A stretch of 32,000 bases of DNA from Moraxella nasicaprae (GTDB lineage Bacteria; Pseudomonadota; Gammaproteobacteria; Pseudomonadales; Moraxellaceae). The position numbers were made by a program, and so were the translations under genes. The DNA is taken from NCBI RefSeq assembly GCF_025643275.1, contig NZ_CP089977.1, positions 1,200,001-1,232,000 on the forward strand. The letters run 5' to 3'. Of the stretch, positions 23,956 to 32,000 are shown piece by piece. Within the stretch, counting starts at the first letter, position 1; every line of letters begins with the position of its first letter. The notes beneath the pieces were generated by a model, which made no database searches, was not told the origin of the DNA, and saw only the letters and a list, made by a program, of their open reading frames with translations.

Positions 23956-26802
23956 ATGACAAACAGTAAAGATACGGTGGCTTTTTCGAACACCGAATTG
24001 GCAGCGGATAGTGCCGCCTATGTTGAGGCACTGTATGAGCAATATTTGGCGGATAAGCAGAGCGTCAGCGAGGATTGGCAGAGTTATTTTGAGACTTATC
24101 GTCAAGACACTGATGCACCGCATAATGCCATTAAAGAGCAATTTTTGCTATTGGCTCGCAATCAAACAAACGCCAAGCCAGCAGCGATGAGCGAGGGCGA
24201 GAGTGCCAATCCAAAACAGATGGCGGTCGCTGGGCTGATTGAGGCTTATCGTCGCTTGGGTCATCAAAAAGCAAGCCTAGACCCATTGGGATTGCAGGTG
24301 CGTCCAGCAGTGGCTGAGCTTGAATTGGGCTTTTATGGATTAAGCAATGCTGATTTGGACAGCGTCTTTTCGGTGGGCGATTTAGCCATTGGCAAAACTT
24401 CTGCCAAACTAAGCGAAATCATCGCTGCACTAGAAAGTATCTACTGCCAGAGCATTGGCTATGAATATACCCATGTTTATACCACCGCAGAGAAGCAATG
24501 GTTTGAAAATTACATCGAATCTAAGCAGGGTAAGATTGCTTTTGATAAAGCCAAAAAGTTGGAAATTTTTGAACGATTGACGGCTGCTGAGGGTCTAGAA
24601 AAGTATCTGGCTCGTAAATATACTGGCGTTAAGCGTTTTGGCTTGGAAGGGGGCGAAAGCTTCATTCCTGCGGTACACGAAATGATACAACGCACTGGGG
24701 CACAAGGCTCAAAAGAAGTCGTGATTGGCATGGCACACCGTGGTCGTCTAAACCTTTTGGTGAACATTTTGGGCAAAAACCCAAGTGCCTTGTTTGATGA
24801 GTTTGACGGCAAAGTACAGCCAACGATTGGTTCTGGCGATGTCAAATACCACAATGGTTTTAGTTCTAATGTGATGACCGAAGGCGGAGAGATGCATTTG
24901 GCACTTGCCTTTAACCCATCGCATCTAGAAATCGTCTCGCCTGTGGTACAAGGTTCTGTGCGTGCCAGACAAGCTCGCCGCAGCGAGGGCTACGGATTTG
25001 ATATTGACAACAGCACCGTATTGCCAATCATCGTGCATGGCGATGCTGCTTTTGCAGGTCAAGGGGTAAACCAAGAAACCTTCCAAATGTCACAAACTCG
25101 TGCCTATAAGACAGGCGGTACAGTTCATATTGTGATTAACAACCAAGTTGGTTTTACCACTTCTCGCCCAGAAGACGCTCGTTCAACCGAGTATTGTACT
25201 GATGTTGCCAAGATGGTTCATGCACCAGTTTTACACATCAATGGTGATGACCCTGAGGCGGTGGTATTTGCCAGCCAGCTTGCGGTCGATTATCGCAAAG
25301 CCTTTGGCAAAGATATCGTCATTGATATTTTCTGCTATCGCCGTAATGGTCACAATGAATCTGATGAGCCATCAGCAACCCAACCTTTAATGTATGCCGT
25401 CATCAAAAAACTACCAACCACTCGTACCAAATATGCTGATAAGTTGATTGGCGAGGGCGTGTTGAGCAGCGAAGAAAGTGCCAAATTTGAAGATGATTAT
25501 CGTCAGTCGCTAGATCGTGGCGAGTTTGTTGCCAAAGGTTTGGTTGAAAAACCAGATACACAGCTATTTGTGGACTGGACTCCTTATGTTGGACATCAGC
25601 TTGAAGATGATTTTGATACTGGTGTTGCGATTGATAAACTTAAAGCCTATGGCGTGGCAATGTCAAAAGTGCCAGAAGGATTTGCATTACAACGCCAAGT
25701 TGCCAAAGTGGTTGAGCAACGCCTAGCAATGCAAACAGGCGAAGAGCCTCTAAACTGGGGTGCTGCTGAGACTTTGGCGTACGCATCATTGGTTGATGAA
25801 GGTGCCTTGGTGCGTATCACAGGCGAAGATGTGGGTCGTGGTACTTTCTCACACCGTCATTCTGAATTGTATAACATGAATGATGGCAGCTTGTACATTC
25901 CACTACAACACATCTCAGAGGGTCAAGCTCGCTTTGCTACTTACAATTCATTGCTGTCTGAGGAAGCGGTACTGGCGTTCGAATACGGCTATGCCACCAC
26001 CATTCCAAATGCATTGGTGATTTGGGAAGCTCAGTTTGGTGACTTTGTCAATGGTGCTCAGGTTGTCATTGACCAGTTTATTTCATCTGGCGAAACCAAA
26101 TGGCAACGCCTGTGTGGCTTGGTGATGCTGTTACCGCACGGCTTTGAGGGTCAAGGCCCTGAGCACTCATCAGCTCGTTTGGAGCGTTTCTTGCAGCTAT
26201 GTGCTGAGGAGAATATGCAGGTCATCACACCAACGACACCAGCACAGATTTTCCACGCATTGCGTCGTCAGGTGGTACGCCCTGTGCGTAAGCCATTGGT
26301 GGTAATGTCGCCTAAGTCATTGCTTCGTCACCCACTGGCTACCTCAACCTTAGAAGAGTTGGCGTCTGGTAAGTTTGAAACGGTATTGCCAGAGATTGAT
26401 GCGATTGACAACAGCAAAGTGACTCGTCTGGTGCTTTGTGGTGGTAAGGTGTACTATGAATTGCTAGAACAACGCCGTAAACTGGGTCTAGACCATGTTG
26501 CCATCGTGCGTATTGAGCAGTTGTATCCATTCCCAGAAGAGCGAGTATTGGCAGAGCTTGCCAAATATCCAAATCTGACCGAAGTGGTATGGGCACAAGA
26601 AGAGCCACACAATCAGGGTGCGTGCTACTTCATCATGCCTGAACTGTATCACACGGTACCAAAAGCAAGTCAAGCTAAGATTGTGATGGCAACTCGCCCA
26701 GCTGCCGCTGCACCTGCCACAGGCTCGCCAAAAATGCATAACGAACAACAAAAAGCGGTTGTTGCAGATGCATTGGGCGTCACTGCTGACCAATTACAAT
26801 AA
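23956..26802 (+). CDS. sucA: 2-oxoglutarate dehydrogenase E1 component
   Basis: 948 aa. The N-terminus (YVEALYEQYLADKQSVSEDWQSYF) and the ThDP region (GMAHRGRLNLLVN, HGDAAFAGQGVNQET, NNQVGFTT) are typical of SucA. Confidence 0.97.
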   Translation: MTNSKDTVAFSNTELAADSAAYVEALYEQYLADKQSVSEDWQSYFETYRQDTDAPHNAIKEQFLLLARNQTNAKPAAMSEGESANPKQMAVAGLIEAYRRLGHQKASLDPLGLQVRPAVAELELGFYGLSNADLDSVFSVGDLAIGKTSAKLSEIIAALESIYCQSIGYEYTHVYTTAEKQWFENYIESKQGKIAFDKAKKLEIFERLTAAEGLEKYLARKYTGVKRFGLEGGESFIPAVHEMIQRTGAQGSKEVVIGMAHRGRLNLLVNILGKNPSALFDEFDGKVQPTIGSGDVKYHNGFSSNVMTEGGEMHLALAFNPSHLEIVSPVVQGSVRARQARRSEGYGFDIDNSTVLPIIVHGDAAFAGQGVNQETFQMSQTRAYKTGGTVHIVINNQVGFTTSRPEDARSTEYCTDVAKMVHAPVLHINGDDPEAVVFASQLAVDYRKAFGKDIVIDIFCYRRNGHNESDEPSATQPLMYAVIKKLPTTRTKYADKLIGEGVLSSEESAKFEDDYRQSLDRGEFVAKGLVEKPDTQLFVDWTPYVGHQLEDDFDTGVAIDKLKAYGVAMSKVPEGFALQRQVAKVVEQRLAMQTGEEPLNWGAAETLAYASLVDEGALVRITGEDVGRGTFSHRHSELYNMNDGSLYIPLQHISEGQARFATYNSLLSEEAVLAFEYGYATTIPNALVIWEAQFGDFVNGAQVVIDQFISSGETKWQRLCGLVMLLPHGFEGQGPEHSSARLERFLQLCAEENMQVITPTTPAQIFHALRRQVVRPVRKPLVVMSPKSLLRHPLATSTLEELASGKFETVLPEIDAIDNSKVTRLVLCGGKVYYELLEQRRKLGLDHVAIVRIEQLYPFPEERVLAELAKYPNLTEVVWAQEEPHNQGACYFIMPELYHTVPKASQAKIVMATRPAAAAPATGSPKMHNEQQKAVVADALGVTADQLQ

Positions 26803-26807
26803 TTCGT

Positions 26808-26850
26808 ACAGCCAAAGCGAATAGGTCGTTTTGGCTGTCTTTGATTTTTT
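26808..26850 (+). terminator. Hairpin plus T-run between sucA and sucB (possible partial terminator or processing site)
   Basis: ACAGCCAAA-13 nt-TTTGGCTGT followed by CTTTGATTTTTTT, within a 90-bp sucA-sucB spacer. Confidence 0.4.
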
Positions 26851-26892
26851 TAACTAACTATTAGATGTTTATAAACTTTCAAGGAGTTTATT

Positions 26893-28092
26893 ATGGCTGA
26901 AATCAAAGCCCCAGTATTCCCAGAATCAGTACCAGATGGCACGATTGTTGAGTGGCATGTTGCCGAAGGCGAAGCAGTGAGCCGTGACCAGTTGCTTGCC
27001 GAAGTTGAAACAGATAAGGTCGTCCTAGAAATCGTTGCTCCTGATGATGGCGTGGTTGTTAGCATTGTTAAAAATGTTGATGACACTGTTTTGTCAGGCG
27101 AAGTGGTGGCACATTTTGAAGCAGGTGCAACAGCCACCGCAGCTCCTGCTGCTACACCAGATCCAGTTGTGCCAGTTGCTGCTGCTCCTGCCGCCGCTCC
27201 TGCTGCTGCATCGGGCAATGAAGCAGAATTTAAAGACCAATCGCCAGCAGTTCGTAAAGCTGCCAAAGAAACAGGCATCAACCCAGCTGATGTACAAGGT
27301 TCGGGTCGTGGTGGACGAGTAACCAAATCAGACATGATTAACCCAACCCTAAAAGGCGACAATGGTCAAGTGATTGCTACTGCGGTGGGTCAGCGTATTG
27401 AGAAGCGTGAGCCGATGACTCGTCTGCGTAAGCGTATCGCCGAACGCCTATTATCTGCCACTCAAGAAACCGCAATGCTGACCACTTTTAACGAAGTGAA
27501 CATGAAGCCATTGATGGATTTGCGTGCCAAATACAAAGACCGTTTCGAGAAGCGTCATGGTGTTAAACTTGGCTTTATGTCATTGTTTGTGAAGGCAGCC
27601 ACCGAAGCCCTAAAACGCTTCCCTGCGGTGAATGCTTCTATCGATGGCGATGACATCATCTATCATGGTTACTATGATGTGGGTGTGGCAGTATCATCAG
27701 ACCGTGGCTTGGTTGTACCTGTGCTTCGTGACACAGACAACATGGGCATGGCTGACATCGAAGCAGGTATCCGTGATTATGCGATTAAGGCTCGTGAAGG
27801 TAAGCTGTCTATTGATGAAATGAGCGGCGGTACTTTCACCATTACTAACGGTGGTGTCTTTGGTTCGTTGCTATCTACCCCAATCATCAACCCACCACAA
27901 ACCGCCATCTTGGGCATGCACGCCATTAATGAACGCCCAATGGCAGTCAATGGCGAAGTGGTTATCCTACCGATGATGTATTTGGCGTTGTCTTATGACC
28001 ATCGTCTGATTGATGGTAAAGAAGCGGTGCAGTTCTTGGTAACCATCAAAGAATTGATTGAAGACCCATCAATGCTATTACTTGACCTATAA
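26893..28092 (+). CDS. sucB: Dihydrolipoyllysine-residue succinyltransferase (2-oxoglutarate dehydrogenase E2)
   Basis: Single lipoyl domain ([11 protein letters not shown]), an Ala/Pro linker, a subunit-binding domain ([31 protein letters not shown]) and a catalytic domain with DHRLIDG. Confidence 0.97.
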   Translation: MAEIKAPVFPESVPDGTIVEWHVAEGEAVSRDQLLAEVETDKVVLEIVAPDDGVVVSIVKNVDDTVLSGEVVAHFEAGATATAAPAATPDPVVPVAAAPAAAPAAASGNEAEFKDQSPAVRKAAKETGINPADVQGSGRGGRVTKSDMINPTLKGDNGQVIATAVGQRIEKREPMTRLRKRIAERLLSATQETAMLTTFNEVNMKPLMDLRAKYKDRFEKRHGVKLGFMSLFVKAATEALKRFPAVNASIDGDDIIYHGYYDVGVAVSSDRGLVVPVLRDTDNMGMADIEAGIRDYAIKAREGKLSIDEMSGGTFTITNGGVFGSLLSTPIINPPQTAILGMHAINERPMAVNGEVVILPMMYLALSYDHRLIDGKEAVQFLVTIKELIEDPSMLLLDL

Positions 28093-28184
28093 TCCTTGAT
28101 GGATTAAGGATTTACAAAGGATTGTCAGTCATGCAGGCTTGACAATTCTTTGCACATGAACATTTACAAAAAAGAGTAAAAATT

Positions 28185-29633
28185 ATGAAAACTTCTTATG
28201 ACCTAGTCGTAATCGGTGGTGGGCCTGGTGGCTATGAAGCCGCCATTCGTGGTGCTCAGCTTGGTTTTTCGGTGGCCTGTATCGAAAAACGCATTCATAA
28301 AGGCGAACCAGCATTGGGCGGTACTTGCTTGAATGTTGGCTGTATCCCATCAAAGGCCTTGCTTGACAGCTCTCACCGTTATGAAGCGACTCGCCATGAG
28401 CTTGCTGAACACGGCATCAGCACAGGCGATGTTAATATCGACATCGCAAAAATGCTAGAACGCAAAGACGGTATTGTCAAAGGCTTGACCGCAGGTGTGG
28501 CAGGGCTACTAAAAGGCAATGGCGTGGATTGGCTACAAGGTTGGGGTACTTTGGTTGATGGCAAAGCTGCCGAAAAACAAATCAAATTCACCGACCACGA
28601 TGGTGCTGAACACGCCATCACAGCCAAATATGTGATTTTGGCGGCTGGTTCTGTGCCAATCGAAATCCCTGTTGCCAAGACTGATGGCGAATACATCGTG
28701 GACAGCACTGGTGCGTTGGAGTTTAGTGAAGTGCCTAAGCGTCTTGGTGTGATTGGTGCTGGCGTGATTGGCTTGGAGCTAGGTTCTGTATGGCGTCGTC
28801 TTGGTGCAGAAGTGGTGGTTTATGAAGCGATGCCAGAATTTTTGGCGGTGGCTGACCAAGACATCTCAAAAGAAGCAGCCAAATTGCTGAAAAAACAAGG
28901 TCTAGACATTCGTGTTGATACCAAAGTTACCAACGCTGAGGTGGTGAATGGCGAGGTGGTTGTAACCACTGATGTTAAAGGCGAAGTAAAAACCGAAACC
29001 TTTGATAGACTGATTGTCTGCGTGGGTCGCCGTGCATACAGCGAAAAATTGCTTGCTGAGGGCTGCGGCATCGAATTGACCGAGCGTGGTTTGGTGGCGG
29101 TTGATGACCAATGCAAAACCAACCTAGATGGCGTGTATGCGATTGGTGACTTGGTACGAGGCCCGATGCTTGCTCACAAAGCGATGGAAGAGGGCATGAT
29201 GGCGGTAGAACGCATTCATGGCGAAAAAGCCCAAGTAAACTACGACACCATCATCAGCGTGATTTATACTCACCCTGAGATTGCATGGGTTGGCTTGACC
29301 GAAAAAGCAGCAACTGAGCAAGGCTATGAGGTGAAGACTGGTTCATTTAGTCTGTCTGCCAACGGTCGTGCATTGGCACAGGGCGAAGGTCAAGGCTTGA
29401 TTAAAGTAGTTGCCGATGCTAAGACTGACCGTCTGCTGGGCTTACACATGGTTGGCGTGGGTGCTGGCGACATCGTTCATCAAGGCATGATTGCGATGGA
29501 GTTTGTGTCTAGCGTTGAAGATTTGCAATTGATGACCTTTGCACACCCAACCGTATCAGAAGCGGTACACGAAGCAGCATTGTCTGCGGACGGTCGTGCG
29601 ATTCACGCCATTCAGCGTAAAAAACGCAAATAA
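28185..29633 (+). CDS. lpdA: Dihydrolipoyl dehydrogenase (E3)
   Basis: GGGPGGY FAD motif, redox-active [13 protein letters not shown], a second dinucleotide fold [11 protein letters not shown], and the C-terminal HAHPT.SE interface motif. Confidence 0.97.
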   Translation: MKTSYDLVVIGGGPGGYEAAIRGAQLGFSVACIEKRIHKGEPALGGTCLNVGCIPSKALLDSSHRYEATRHELAEHGISTGDVNIDIAKMLERKDGIVKGLTAGVAGLLKGNGVDWLQGWGTLVDGKAAEKQIKFTDHDGAEHAITAKYVILAAGSVPIEIPVAKTDGEYIVDSTGALEFSEVPKRLGVIGAGVIGLELGSVWRRLGAEVVVYEAMPEFLAVADQDISKEAAKLLKKQGLDIRVDTKVTNAEVVNGEVVVTTDVKGEVKTETFDRLIVCVGRRAYSEKLLAEGCGIELTERGLVAVDDQCKTNLDGVYAIGDLVRGPMLAHKAMEEGMMAVERIHGEKAQVNYDTIISVIYTHPEIAWVGLTEKAATEQGYEVKTGSFSLSANGRALAQGEGQGLIKVVADAKTDRLLGLHMVGVGAGDIVHQGMIAMEFVSSVEDLQLMTFAHPTVSEAVHEAALSADGRAIHAIQRKKRK

Positions 29634-29646
29634 TCGACTGCTTAAT

Positions 29647-29681
29647 AAAAAATCCGAAGTCTGATTGGCTTCGGATTTTTT
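29647..29681. terminator. Bidirectional terminator between lpdA and yheV
   Basis: AAAAAATCCGAAG-9 nt-CTTCGGATTTTTT, a perfect 13-bp stem including the A/T tails. Confidence 0.8.
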
Positions 29682-29750
29682 GTGCCTAAGCTGGTAGGTC
29701 ATACCATGATGATGGGCGAGTTGTGCGGCATCAATCTTGATGATAGATAT

Positions 29751-29984
29751 TCATCTAAATTTGACCACGCCCACCCCGTCAGCTTTGGCATTTTCCTCTT
29801 GAATGCGTAAGGTCTCTTCACGGCTGGGACGGCGTTCTTGGTGATTGCAGACAGTGCATTCAATATATTCATCTGGTACGGGTTCGAAAAGCTGCACTTG
29901 CACCACGACATCAAGCTGACCGCACTTTGGGCAGCGAACGCCAGCCAGAAACTGGCGTTTTGGTCGATTGGATTGATAACGCAT
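29751..29984 (-). CDS. yheV: YheV-family zinc-ribbon protein
   Basis: 77 aa. KRQFLAGVRCPKCGQLD...IECTVCNH parallels E. coli YheV (KRFIAGAKCPACQAQD...VECVKCGH). Its ATG overlaps the prlC stop (TAATG). Confidence 0.85.
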   Translation of the reverse strand: MRYQSNRPKRQFLAGVRCPKCGQLDVVVQVQLFEPVPDEYIECTVCNHQERRPSREETLRIQEENAKADGVGVVKFR

Positions 29985-32000
29985 TATTTTAGTCCACGAT
30001 GACGCAATAAAGCCTCAGCATTGGCTTCTCGTCCACGAAACGCCATGTAGTTTTCTTTGGCGGAGCGAGAACTGCCACGAGCTAGGATTTCTTGGCGGAA
30101 GGCTCTGCCAGTTTGTGGATTATAGATGCCTTCTTCTTCAAATTTGCCAAAGGCATCTGATGACAAGACTTCTGCCCAAATGTAAGAGTAGTAGCCACAC
30201 GCATAGCCGCCTGCAAAGATGTGCGTAAAGCCATTACCAAAACGGTTGTAGCTTGGCGGAATGATGACTGCCACTTCTTCTCTGACTTTATCCATCACGG
30301 CAAGAATGTCGTCAAACTCGATGTTGCCAAAGTGATTGATGGTTTTGGTATGCAAACGCAAATCAAATAAACCCAGCTCCATTTGACGCAGTGTCTGTAA
30401 GCCTTTTTGGAAATTTTTGGTATCAATCAGTGCATTTAGTTTATCTTCTGGCAAAGGCTCGCCTGTTTGGATATGGCGACTGATGGCACGAATACCCTCA
30501 GCATTGATGGCAAAATTTTCCATAAACTGACTGGGTAGCTCGACAGCGTCCCACTCGACACCATTGATGCCAGCAACTGCTGCAACATTGACCTGAGTGG
30601 TGATGTGATGGAGAGCATGCCCAAATTCATGGAACAGTGTATTGACTTCATCAAAGTTGAGTAGGCTTGGCTTATCGTCAATGGGCGGTGCAAAATTACC
30701 CACGATAAATCCCACAGGCAATGTGCTGTCATTGGCGGTCAGGTTGCGTTTTTGATAATCATCAAGCCATGCCCCACCTTGTTTGCCATGTCTGGCGAAC
30801 AAATCTAGATACAGACCGCCCAGCAGCTCTTGGCTGATTTCATCATGAATTTGACAGAATAAGACATCATCATGCCAAGCGGTGTAGTCGGCTTTGTCGG
30901 CGATGCTTAGCGTGATGCCAAACAGTTTGCGACAAATCTCAAACAAGCCATCTAATACCACAGGCAATGGAAAATAAGGACGAAGCTCATCGCTGGTGAG
31001 ATTAAATTTGGCAAGTTGTAATTTTTCTTCGATGTATGGAATGTCCCAAGGCATCACTTCATCAATGCCTAAGGTTTTGCCAAAGGCTTGAACTTCGGCA
31101 TATTCGCTTTCAGCTTTTGGGCGAGCGGCAGCAGAAAGCTGTAATAAAAATTGTTCAATTTGCTCACTACTGTCTGCCATTTTGGTTGCCAATGAGTATT
31201 CTGCATAATCCGACATGCCTAGCAGTGCTGCTGCTTGGGTGCGTAGATTGATGATTTTGGTCATCAAAGGGGCATTGTCAAACGCTGTGGTATCAGGGCT
31301 TTGGTCGGAGGCACGAGTTGTGTAGGCGTGATAGACTTCTTCACGCAAGACTCTATCATCAGCAAACTGCATGATGGCAAAGTACATCGGAATGTCTAAG
31401 GTTGCCACATAATCGGTTGGCAATTTGGCATCTGGATTTTTTTGCTTATAATTATCGCCAGCAGTTTTGAGTAGTGCCAGACCATTTTCGCTAATGCCAC
31501 TAAGTTCGTGAGCGTGCAATGGACGAGCATAATGATTACTGGCGTCCATGGTGTTGTCGGCAAACTTAGCACTCAGCAAGGACAACTCACTTTGAATTTG
31601 GGCAAATTGAGCTTTTTTGTCGTCATCTAGTGCCACGCCTGATAGCACGAAGTTTTGGAGTGCTTTGTTGATGGCTTGGGCGTGAGCGTCTGTTTGGTAT
31701 GCACCATCTAGTTGTTCAAAATTATCTTGTAAGGTTTTATAAATTTGGTACAACGCCACCGATTGTCCAACTTTGGTACTAAAAGAGGATAATTTTGGCA
31801 AAACTTCGTGATGTGCGTGACGGATTTTGTCGTTGCTGACTACATAGTTTAGGTGCATTAATATCCCAGCAGGGCGTTCGATTTTGGCGGTCAATGTATT
31901 AAATTGTTCGATGATGTCAATCGCTTGGTCAGGACTAAGCAGGCTAGTGTCGCCCAGATTATCCAAGAAATTTTCAGCATCTAGCAATGCTTGTTCGGTT
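29984..32000 (-). CDS. prlC: Oligopeptidase A (M3 family zinc metallopeptidase), 5' end outside the window
   Basis: Collinear with E. coli PrlC from about residue 35 to the end. Zinc site HEFGHALHH, then VELPSQFMEN, and FAGGYACGYYSYIWAEVL. The frame is open to position 32000. Confidence 0.95.
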   Translation of the reverse strand, partial: TEQALLDAENFLDNLGDTSLLSPDQAIDIIEQFNTLTAKIERPAGILMHLNYVVSNDKIRHAHHEVLPKLSSFSTKVGQSVALYQIYKTLQDNFEQLDGAYQTDAHAQAINKALQNFVLSGVALDDDKKAQFAQIQSELSLLSAKFADNTMDASNHYARPLHAHELSGISENGLALLKTAGDNYKQKNPDAKLPTDYVATLDIPMYFAIMQFADDRVLREEVYHAYTTRASDQSPDTTAFDNAPLMTKIINLRTQAAALLGMSDYAEYSLATKMADSSEQIEQFLLQLSAAARPKAESEYAEVQAFGKTLGIDEVMPWDIPYIEEKLQLAKFNLTSDELRPYFPLPVVLDGLFEICRKLFGITLSIADKADYTAWHDDVLFCQIHDEISQELLGGLYLDLFARHGKQGGAWLDDYQKRNLTANDSTLPVGFIVGNFAPPIDDKPSLLNFDEVNTLFHEFGHALHHITTQVNVAAVAGINGVEWDAVELPSQFMENFAINAEGIRAISRHIQTGEPLPEDKLNALIDTKNFQKGLQTLRQMELGLFDLRLHTKTINHFGNIEFDDILAVMDKVREEVAVIIPPSYNRFGNGFTHIFAGGYACGYYSYIWAEVLSSDAFGKFEEEGIYNPQTGRAFRQEILARGSSRSAKENYMAFRGREANAEALLRHRGLK

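Noticed and set aside
26850-27362. 170-aa minus-strand ORF antisense to the 5' part of sucB
   Set aside because: Its translation is low-complexity Ala/Gly/Thr/Ser, produced by reading the Ala/Pro linker and lipoyl-domain codons backwards. It has no start context and lies wholly inside a confidently assigned gene.
29699-29914. 71-aa minus-strand ORF overlapping yheV
   Set aside because: It is an alternative frame of the yheV region, extends toward the terminator, and has no homology. YheV similarity is clear in the other frame.
1-32000. Scan for tRNA/rRNA genes, CRISPR arrays, simple-sequence phase-variation tracts and shared uptake-sequence-like motifs in terminators
   Set aside because: I saw no cloverleaf-type conserved T-loop/D-loop strings and no regularly spaced direct repeats. 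I saw no homopolymer longer than 9 (the longest runs are terminator tails) and no tetranucleotide repeats. The ten terminator stems share no common motif. This was a by-eye scan only, so tRNAscan or Rfam should confirm it.

Overview
This looks like a chromosomal window from a gammaproteobacterium. A Moraxellaceae-like origin is my guess from gene content and AT-leaning codon usage; I could not verify it. Most of it is housekeeping.

Gene content, left to right:
- An intact IS1595-family (IS1016-like) insertion sequence with perfect inverted repeats and an 8-bp target duplication.
- A sugar-nucleotide operon, galU-pgi-(ugd-like)-galE. Its Ugd homologue has lost every catalytic and NAD-binding signature I can check by eye.
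- A decayed zone: about 500 bp free of ORFs, a frameshifted autotransporter C-terminal remnant, and a fragment of an IS30-family transposase.
- A multi-repeat membrane protein, a Mip/FkpA-type lipoprotein PPIase and a small lipoprotein.
- A vctPDGC-type siderophore ABC importer.
- A minus-strand run: dusC, a small secreted Cys-containing protein, an orphan SF1 helicase, a DMT-type transporter and an MliC lipoprotein.
- A membrane-anchored FMN glutamate-synthase-domain protein and an aldehyde dehydrogenase.
- sucA-sucB-lpdA, then yheV-prlC, with prlC running off the right edge.

I saw no rRNA, tRNA, CRISPR array, prophage or recognisable defence island. I cannot point to a clear new multi-gene system.

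The items most worth follow-up:
1. The intact but apparently catalytically dead Ugd paralogue, tightly coupled inside the operon.
2. A densely regulated 160-bp promoter region (consensus-like promoter, 14-bp palindrome, 15/19 Fur-box match) in front of an unknown secreted CxxC protein that is coupled to dusC.
3. The split, possibly Fur-controlled architecture of the siderophore importer, which converges on dusC with only 3 bp between the stop codons.

All product calls come from reading the supplied translations and recognising motifs. No database search was run.
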